24,000 nucleotides of DNA. It comes from Bacteroidales bacterium (GTDB lineage: Bacteria > Bacteroidota > Bacteroidia > Bacteroidales > P3). The notes under the pieces were generated by a model. It searched no databases. It had not been told where the DNA came from and saw only the letters and a program-made list of their open reading frames with translations. Location: NCBI GenBank assembly GCA_041662185.1, contig JBAZSY010000007.1:19924-43923 (forward strand), read 5' to 3'. Both the position numbers and the translations under genes were made by a program. Below are positions 16,536 to 24,000 of this stretch, in pieces (the first letter of the stretch is position 1; every line of letters starts with the position of its first letter).

Positions 16536-17302
16536 AAGTAATCATTATTGAAGACGAAAAACATACGGCAAAGGAACTGGCAACTACACTTAAAGCTATT
16601 GACGATCAAATAGAAGTTGTTGCGATTCTTCCATCTATAGAACAGACCATATCCTACCTGCAAAACAATTCAGACTTTGATTTAATTTTTTCAGATATAC
16701 AACTCAGCGATGGGCTTAGTTTTGAAATATTCAATAAAATACGGCTGTCAGTACCTGTTATTTTTTGTACGGCTTATAATAAATATGCGTTGGAAGCATT
16801 CAAGACTAATTCAATCGATTATATACTAAAACCCTTTAACCGCAACTCGATTGCAAAGGCTTTGGAAAAATACCATACATTAAAATCAAATTTTTCTTCT
16901 TTAAACATCGGTCTCGACAATTTATTACAAACTATTGCTGCTCCGTCATCAGCTATACAAAAAACTTCCACTTCTATTGTCATTAGTCAGGGAGATAAAA
17001 TTATACCTATCAGAACAACTGAAATAGCTCTTTTTGTGCATGAAGACGATTATGTGTTTGCATTGACATTTGATTTAAAAAGGCACCTTGTTTCTCAGTC
17101 ATTAGAAGAACTTGAATCAATTTGCGGAGATACATTTTTCAGAGCAAACCGTCAATATCTAATTAACCGAAAAGCCGTAAAAGATGCTTCTCGTCATTTC
17201 AATCGTAAAATACAGGTCAATCTGACTTTTAATTATCCTGATCAGATACTCATAAGCCGACTCAAAGTCACCCAGTTTATAGAATGGTTGGCACAAAATT
17301 GA
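16532..17302 (+). CDS. LytTR-family response regulator (REC + LytTR DNA-binding domain)
   Basis: The 256-aa ORF has REC motifs (IIEDE..., DLIFSDIQLSDG, ...ILKP). The C-terminal LytTR segment is ...FFRANRQYLINRKAV.... It overlaps the HK gene by 4 nt. Confidence 0.92.
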   Translation: MKVIIIEDEKHTAKELATTLKAIDDQIEVVAILPSIEQTISYLQNNSDFDLIFSDIQLSDGLSFEIFNKIRLSVPVIFCTAYNKYALEAFKTNSIDYILKPFNRNSIAKALEKYHTLKSNFSSLNIGLDNLLQTIAAPSSAIQKTSTSIVISQGDKIIPIRTTEIALFVHEDDYVFALTFDLKRHLVSQSLEELESICGDTFFRANRQYLINRKAVKDASRHFNRKIQVNLTFNYPDQILISRLKVTQFIEWLAQN

Positions 17303-17499
17303 TGTATTTGGCAACTCAGCCCCTTTTTTGAACAATTCACGGATAATTCCTTTGCATAACTTCCTCTTATAAGGTTCCTTTGCATGCTATTTCGAAAATG
17401 CAATATGAACCTGATAAAAAAAATACACCATATCTCAAAAAAAATAACTACCTACTCTATTAATCGGAATTAAATTATATCTAAAATAACATTTTAATT

Positions 17500-18864
17500 A
17501 TGAATGTGAAATTAAAAACACAGAGGGTATTTTTGATTTTTGTGCTACCAATTCTACTATCATACCAGATAAAAGCACAAAATCAAACTTTATCATTGAA
17601 AGAATGTATCAACTACACACTGCTGCACCATCCCAACAGTACTATTTATGAGTATTCTGCAAAATCAGCAGAAGAAAAAATCCGTGAAACCAAGTCGGCA
17701 CTATTACCATCTGTTTCCATAAATGTTGGACTGGATTATAATCTCAAACTAGCAACTTCAGTGATACCTGCCGGAACACTTTCGTCGAAAGAAACAACGC
17801 TGCAGATGGGAAGCAAATACAGCAATTCGGCTTATGTACAATTGGATCAAAAGCTATTTGACAGAAGTGCATCACTAGACGTAAAAACATCAAAGGTCAA
17901 TAAAGAGATTGCCGATCTGAATTTGCTGAAAGAGAATGAAACGCTAATTTATAATACGGCTTCAGTCTATTACGAAGTACTTACTTATGCTGAAAAAGGG
18001 AAACTTTTACTGGAGAGCGAAAAGCAGTATGAAACAACAGTAAAAATTCTTGAATTGCGTTATGCTCAAGGGGAGGCTAAAAAAAGCGAGTACAACAGAG
18101 CCCAAGTTAACTACAACAATGTACAATTTGAGATTGAGTCCAATAACAGTTCTTATAAACTAGCGCTGAACAAGCTTAAAAACAGCATTGGTATGGACAT
18201 AGAAGTAGCCATTAGCATTGAGGAGAACGTTACAGACATAAATGTGAAAGAGGTGCCATTAGCTACTATTGGTTTAAATATGTTTGACGTCAACCGGCTA
18301 CTTGATTTTCAGATTGATCAAAAAAATCTGGATTTAAAAAGATTAGATCTTAAGCAGAAAAAAGTAGCTTACTTCCCCACTTTGTCATTATATGGTAAAT
18401 ATGGCGGCAATGCCTATGGTTCGGATTTTTTTCCAACACTCGGCAACTGGTATGATTACTCTGTGATTGGTTTAAAAGCCACTATTCCACTTTTCAGCGG
18501 ATTCAAAAAACAAAGCCAATTTGCCCAAAGCAAATTAAGTCTTGCGTCTTTGGAACTTACCAATAAATTAAACCTTCAAGCATATAAACTTAACATAGAA
18601 AATGCATCAACGAACATTATAAGTACTTATACTAATCTGAAAAAAGCCAAAGAAAACTTACAACTTGCTAAGGATATGATGGATGCCTCCACGATTGAAT
18701 ATCGGGAAGGAACAGCTACTCTTTCTTCGTTATTAGATGCTGACTATTCTTACAAGGAAGCAAGAACTAATTATATAACATCTTTGCTGGACTATCTGAC
18801 TGCACAATTAAGCTATTACAGAAATACAGGTACTATTGCACAATTTATAAATGAATTAAAATAA
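17500..18864 (+). CDS. TolC-family outer-membrane efflux protein
   Basis: The 454-aa ORF has a signal peptide and LSLKECINYTLLHHP... It shows the duplicated OEP helical repeat pattern and is the first gene of the OMP-MFP-RND operon. Confidence 0.9.
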   Translation: MNVKLKTQRVFLIFVLPILLSYQIKAQNQTLSLKECINYTLLHHPNSTIYEYSAKSAEEKIRETKSALLPSVSINVGLDYNLKLATSVIPAGTLSSKETTLQMGSKYSNSAYVQLDQKLFDRSASLDVKTSKVNKEIADLNLLKENETLIYNTASVYYEVLTYAEKGKLLLESEKQYETTVKILELRYAQGEAKKSEYNRAQVNYNNVQFEIESNNSSYKLALNKLKNSIGMDIEVAISIEENVTDINVKEVPLATIGLNMFDVNRLLDFQIDQKNLDLKRLDLKQKKVAYFPTLSLYGKYGGNAYGSDFFPTLGNWYDYSVIGLKATIPLFSGFKKQSQFAQSKLSLASLELTNKLNLQAYKLNIENASTNIISTYTNLKKAKENLQLAKDMMDASTIEYREGTATLSSLLDADYSYKEARTNYITSLLDYLTAQLSYYRNTGTIAQFINELK

Positions 18865-18873
18865 CAATAAAAA

Positions 18874-19944
18874 ATGAAGTATAAACGAATCTTGACGATC
18901 ATAGTAATCGCATTGATACCCATTGCTATAATTATTGGGTTGTTGATAAATAAAGAAAAACTGAATGAGGCTAAAAAACCTATTGACAGAAGTAATATCG
19001 CGATTAAAGTAATAGTTGATACTGTTTCGTATAAAACCGTTGATGGTTCCTTTTCACAGCCAGCTACCATTATTGCTGACGAGGAAGCCAATATAACAGC
19101 AGAAACATCGGGAAAAATTGCCACTCTCAATATTGATTTAGGAACAAGTGTTAGGAAAGGACAGGTAATTGGTCATATTGATGTCGTTGAGACACAACAA
19201 AAACTGGAAGCCACTGAGCTTTCAATCAATAAACTTAGCGCAGACTACGAAAGAAAAAAAGTACTTGCTGCTGGAGATGCAACTAACGCAAATGCAGTTT
19301 CAGATGCCAAATATGACCTTGATTTAAAAAAGCTGGAGGCAGCACAACTACGCACGCAAATCAGGCATGCAAATATTATTGCACCAATAAACGGCATAAT
19401 TGTAGAGAGACAAAAAATTACAGGGGAATATGTAAATACGGGAACTACGATTGCAACCATTACCAATACCCAATCTCTAAAAGCTGAGGTAAACGTACCT
19501 GAAAATCAATTATCTTACCTCAAAAAAGGACAAAAGACAATTATAACTTCCGATGCTTATCCTGAAAAAACTTTCTCAGGTATTGTCAATTTTATTAGTC
19601 CTAAGGGAGATGAAAACCACAATTACATTGTTCACATAGACATCGCAAACAAGAGTTCAATACAATTAAAATCTGGTATATATATAAATGTAGAATTTTC
19701 AGGTATATCTGCTCATCAAACACTGCTAATGATACAAAAAAATGCATTGGCAGAAGGCGTAAAAAATCCATTAGTGTATGTATATAAAAATGGAGTTGTA
19801 GAGGAAAGAAAATTAATTTTAGGACTTGAATCCGGTGATTATATAGAAATCAAAAAAGGGTTGTCTCCTGGTGAACAGGTAGTAACAAGTGGACAAATCA
19901 ACTTATCAAATGGCTCCAAAGCTGAAATCATTAAAACACGATAA
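18874..19944 (+). CDS. Efflux RND periplasmic adaptor (membrane fusion protein, HlyD family)
   Basis: The 356-aa ORF has an N-terminal anchor helix, a lipoyl-like VRKGQVIGHID, a coiled-coil hairpin and IIAPINGIIVERQKITGEYV. Confidence 0.9.
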   Translation: MKYKRILTIIVIALIPIAIIIGLLINKEKLNEAKKPIDRSNIAIKVIVDTVSYKTVDGSFSQPATIIADEEANITAETSGKIATLNIDLGTSVRKGQVIGHIDVVETQQKLEATELSINKLSADYERKKVLAAGDATNANAVSDAKYDLDLKKLEAAQLRTQIRHANIIAPINGIIVERQKITGEYVNTGTTIATITNTQSLKAEVNVPENQLSYLKKGQKTIITSDAYPEKTFSGIVNFISPKGDENHNYIVHIDIANKSSIQLKSGIYINVEFSGISAHQTLLMIQKNALAEGVKNPLVYVYKNGVVEERKLILGLESGDYIEIKKGLSPGEQVVTSGQINLSNGSKAEIIKTR

Positions 19945-19985
19945 TACATAGGCAATATGACTGTTAATAAAATAATTATTGAATA

Positions 19986-22900
19986 ATGACTATTACAGAA
20001 CTATCAATAAAACGGCCGTTACTAATAATAGTAATATTTGTAACATTAATACTTTTTGGTATTATAGGGTATAACTCTCTTAATCTTAATTTGTTGCCAA
20101 AATTCACAACAAATATGATAACTGTTAGTACAACTTATAGGGGTGCTTCGCCAGAAGAAGTACTCACAAGTGTTACCAAACCATTGGAAGATGCTCTATC
20201 TTCGGTTGAAGGGATAGATGCAATAAGCTCATCCTCGCAAGAAGGATACTCTTCAATAACATTGGAACTGCTTAATAGTGTCAAGTCCAGCGATGCACAA
20301 TTGGATGCGGAAAGAAAAGTGAAACAGGTTTTATCAACTTTGCCGGATGATATCGATGAGCCTGTAGTAAGTCGAATGAGTGCTGATGATATGCCAATTT
20401 TCAAAATGAGTGTCAGTTCAAATTTAAGCGAAACAAAACTCTATGATTTAGTAGATAAAGATGTTAAACCCATTCTGACCAACATTCCGGTGTGTCGGAT
20501 GTAACCATTATAGGTGGAACGCAAAGGCAAATTAATGTAGATATTGATAATAACAAGCTTAAAGCTTATAAGCTTTCTTTATTAGATGTGAACACAGCTG
20601 TTGCTGCGAGTGGAGCTTCTTTCCCAGGTGGAAAAATTGAAAACAGAACAAGCCGATATTCATTGGATTTGAATGCAAAAGTAAAAACAGTAGAACAATT
20701 GCGCAATGTAGTAATTAGGGAGGGACAGAACGAAAGCCGGATACTATTGAAAGATATTGCTTCTGTAACAGATGGGAAGGAACGAGTTACTACACTAAAC
20801 AGACTAAATGGAGAACCTGCCATTGGTATTCAAATAAAAAAACAAAGTGATGCAAATACAGTAGATGTATGCCGCCGTGCAGCTGAGCGAATGGAAGAAC
20901 TGAAAAAAACTTATGCCACTGATAATTTTAACTATCATATTGCTTCAGATCAATCCATTTATACACAAGCTTCTGTAGATGCCGTGGTGGATGATTTACT
21001 ACTTGCTATTATCATTGTTGCATTTGTTATGCTTTTCTTTCTGCATAGTTTTCAAAGTTCCTCATTTGTATTGGTGGCATTGCCCTCTGCCATTATCCCA
21101 ACATTTATGTTGATGTGGGCATTTAATTTTTCCCTCAATATGATGAGTTTGATGAGTCTATCATTAGTCGTGGGGATTTTGGTCGACGATAGTATTGTGG
21201 TATTGGAAAATATCTTCCGTCATCTGGAAATGGGAAAAAATAAACGCACCGCAGCATTGGATGGCCGTAATGAGATAGGATTTACCGCTTTAGCTATTAC
21301 CATGGTAGACGTAGTCGTATTTCTCCCTCTCGGTTTGGTCAGCGGTATGATTGGAAATATTGTAAGAGAATATGCTTTTGTGGTGGTATTCTCCACATTG
21401 ATGAGCCTGCTGGTTGCCTTTACACTTACACCTTTGTTGGCATCCCGCTGGGGGAAACTCATACACCTCAGCAAAAATAGCTGGTGGGGGAGACTGAATA
21501 TCTGGTTTGAATCACTCATTGACAGTTTTCGTGAGTTTTACACCAAAGTACTTCTATTAGCTTTAAATCATAAGCGTTCCGTAATACTAATTGTATCAGG
21601 TCTTATCTTAGGAAGCATTGCATTAATTCCGGCAGGATTTGTAGGGACGGAACTAATGCCACAGTCTGACCGCGGTGAATTGAATATACAAATAGACCTC
21701 GAAGGAAATACTCCATTAAAAGAAACGAATGCGAAAATAGCCATAGTAGAGGGAATTATTATGAAACATCCCGAAGTCGTAAATGTTTTTTCAAACGTGG
21801 GAACTCAATCAGGCGCAATGGGTAGTTCTTCATCAAATAGCAATCTTGCTGAGATATCTATAATGCTGACAGATGCCAATAAAAGAAAAATGAGTACCAT
21901 TGAATTTGGAAGAGTCATAAGAGAAGAAATTATGCAAGTAACTGGTGTGAAACCTACTATTAAATCAGTTGGTATGACCGGTAATGCAAGCTTTGATATT
22001 CAAATGGCTGTTGAAGGAACAAATCGGGACTCCATAATGAAAACTGCTGCAATAGTCAAGAAAATCATGGAAAAAACGTCGGGTACTGATTACGTACAGT
22101 ACAGCACCAAAGAATCAAAATCCCAGGTATCTGTCATTCTTAACCGTGAAAAGATGGCCAAATACGGTGTAAAAATAAACGATGTAGGAAGTGCTGTTCA
22201 ATATGCCTTCAGTGGCAATAACAATGCCAGATTCAAAGAAAACGGAGAAGAATATGACATAAATTTGCAAATAGATGAATCCAACGCAAAAAGCATAAGT
22301 GATGTAAAAAAATTCAACATTTACAATTCCAGAGGTGTAGTGGTTCCATTGGAAGCTATTGCCGACATTACAGAAACAACAAGCCAGTCGGTATTAGAAA
22401 GAAAGGACAGGCTTAACTCAATCACCGTTAATGCTGTTGCAATAGGTCGTCCTTCGGGAAGTATCAGTTCTGAGATCAAGGAAAAACTTACAACTATTAA
22501 ATTGCCGGTTGGTGTACAGGTTATGGAATCTGGTATGGGAAAAAATCAAAATGACGCATTTTCCAGCTTATTTCTGGCTGTAGGATTAGCTATTATATTG
22601 ATGTACTTGATTATGGTGGCATTGTATGAAAGCCTAATCTATCCTTTTGTTGTTTTATTCTCACTTCCTGTTGCTATCATTGGGGCAATATTAGCACTGG
22701 CACTTACTTTGAAAACAATCAATCTGTTTTCTATTTTAGGTATTATAATGCTTCTTGGGCTGGTAGCTAAAAATGCCATTCTTATTGTAGACTTCGCTAA
22801 TCAGGAAAAAGAAAAAGGTCTGTCGGTAAGAGAAGCCCTAATTGCAGCCGGTCGTGAACGTTTACGCCCAATTTTAATGACAACTTTTGCCATGATTTTG

Positions 22901-23104
22901 GGCATGTTGCCTATGGCTCTTTCAACAGCCGCAGGTTCAGAATCCAAAAATGGTATGGCATGGGTAATTATTGGAGGTCTAACAAGTTCTTTGATATTCA
23001 CACTTGTTTTAGTTCCGGTTATGTACACAATTATCGAGAAATGGAAAAATAAAATAAATGACAGATTTAGGAAAAAACAAACCAAGAAAGTCTCAACAAC
23101 TTAA
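19986..23104 (+). pseudogene. RND efflux permease (AcrB/HAE1-like) interrupted by a 1-nt frameshift at ~20490; fragments 19986-20504 (172 aa) and 20492-23104 (870 aa)
   Basis: The N-terminal fragment (MTITELSIKRPLLIIVIFV...) ends ...LTNIPVCRM*. The next frame continues (V)SDVTIIGG... Inserting one G after CCGG (20487-20490) restores ...LTNIPGVSDVTIIGG..., the conserved RND motif, and gives a ~1040-aa protein of normal length. Confidence 0.85.
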
Positions 23105-23153
23105 TTAGTTCTACTTTTTGATTATTACACAAAAAAACAATTAAAAAATGGTA

Positions 23154-23182
23154 GTAGGGGCAGAGGCAAGCCCTGCCCCTAC
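23154..23182. terminator. GC-rich bidirectional hairpin between convergent genes
   Basis: GTAGGGGCAG (23154-23163) and CTGCCCCTAC (23173-23182) form a perfect 10-bp stem with a 9-nt loop. It lies between the RND stop (23104) and the minus-strand stop (23221). Confidence 0.75.
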
Positions 23183-23220
23183 ATGTCGGAACAATTATTG
23201 ATAAATTATTTGGTTCTTCT

Positions 23221-24000
23221 TTATTCTTGTGGTTCCTCTTTTGTTGTGTCTTGTGCGGCAAGGACTCCTGTTGAGAATGCTATTTGTAGGTTAAATCCTC
23301 CTGTGTCGGCGTCTAAGTCCATTACTTCTCCTGCAAAGAATAAGCCTTTTATTAGTTTTGACTCTAAGGTTTTTGGATTTATTTCTTTTAAATCTACTCC
23401 TCCTTGGGTTACTATTGCTTGTTCAAAGCCAAAGTCGCCTATGATTTCAAATGGACAACGTTTTAGGAAGGTTAGGATTTCTTTTCTTTCTTGTGATGTT
23501 ATTAGGCTTGATTTCTTTCTTGGATCGAAATTCATTTTATCTATTGCAAGATAGATTAGTTCGTGGGGGAGGAAGCCTCTTAGTACTGTTTTTATATCTT
23601 CTTTTCCTCTGGCGTTAAATTCTCTTATTAGTTTGTCGTCAAGTTCTCTTTCTTCTATTGCTGGCTTAAAGTCTAAGAGTAGAGTTAGTTTTTCTTTTTG
23701 TGATAAACGGCGTGCTATTTCTCTGCTTAAAGTTAAGATTATTGGTCCATAAACTCCATCTTCTCCAAAGGTTAATTCACCAAATTCTTCACATAGTTTC
23801 TTGCCGCTTTCCTGTATTACGGTTGCATTTGTGTTTCTAACGCTGAAATTTTCTATTGAAGGGTTTATTTTTTGTGCGTAAAAATCTTTAAGACGTAAGC
23901 CTACTAATGATGGTAGAGTTGGGATTATGTTATGTCCTGCTTCTTTTGCTAAACGTATTCCATCTCCTTCACTTCCTGTTAGGGGATAGCTTTCTCCTCC
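23221..24000 (-). CDS. HI0933/YhiN-like (BaiN/aminoacetone-oxidase family) FAD-binding flavoprotein, C-terminal 259 codons; 5' end beyond the right window edge
   Basis: My reverse-strand translation is open from 24000: GGESYPLTGSEGDGIRLAKEAGHNIIPTLPSLVGL...GPIILTLSREIARRL... It joins the track ORF ...QGGVDLKEINPKTLESKLIKGLFFAGEVMDLDADTGGFNLQIAFSTG, the typical family C-terminus. Confidence 0.85.
   Translation of the reverse strand, partial: GGESYPLTGSEGDGIRLAKEAGHNIIPTLPSLVGLRLKDFYAQKINPSIENFSVRNTNATVIQESGKKLCEEFGELTFGEDGVYGPIILTLSREIARRLSQKEKLTLLLDFKPAIEERELDDKLIREFNARGKEDIKTVLRGFLPHELIYLAIDKMNFDPRKKSSLITSQERKEILTFLKRCPFEIIGDFGFEQAIVTQGGVDLKEINPKTLESKLIKGLFFAGEVMDLDADTGGFNLQIAFSTGVLAAQDTTKEEPQE

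Noticed and set aside
20492-23104. The 870-aa ORF as an independent GTG-initiated gene, with 19986-20504 as a separate small membrane protein
   Set aside because: The two ORFs are consecutive parts of a single RND permease. Restoring one G recreates the conserved PGVSDV motif and the normal length. A protein lacking TM1 is unlikely to be a functional pump.
23221-23535. The 104-aa ORF as a stand-alone gene
   Set aside because: The reading frame stays open upstream to the window edge at 24000, and the whole 259-codon stretch reads as the C-terminal part of an HI0933/YhiN-like flavoprotein. The listed Met is internal.

Overview
Low-GC bacterial DNA that looks like Bacteroidota, judged from TAnnTTTG-type -7 boxes, no obvious Shine-Dalgarno sites, an HU-related TIGR01201-like gene and OMP-MFP-RND gene order. 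No searches could be run, so all calls rest on reading the ORF translations and the DNA. Left third (1-11.0 kb) is a housekeeping block: lysS (partial), initiator tRNA-fMet, a minus-strand run nadC-yihY-der-hslR, then cinA/pncC, a nucleoside phosphorylase and a very large multi-domain Fe-S flavoprotein. Middle (11.05-15.15 kb) is an AT-rich islet of orphan genes. Its most interesting part is a terminator-insulated, translationally coupled gene pair (11140-12955): a minimal HExxH/ExxAD/HPxxxxR zincin followed by a membrane-anchored protein with LOG/SLOG-like glycine loops. I do not recognise this pair as any named system and flag it as a candidate undescribed conflict or defence module. The islet also holds two minus-strand orphans (one secreted, one acidic and helical) and an HU-like DNA-binding gene. 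At 14873-15133 lies a 261-bp element bounded by inverted repeats. It contains four 23-bp tandem repeats whose cores (ACATTTAAG) resemble LytTR/AgrA boxes. Right third (15.5-23.1 kb) has a LytS-type histidine kinase and a LytTR response regulator, followed by a TolC-MFP-RND efflux operon. The RND gene is split by a 1-nt frameshift at about 20490. The window ends in a convergent, partial HI0933/YhiN-like flavoprotein gene. No integrase, transposase, CRISPR array or rRNA was seen.
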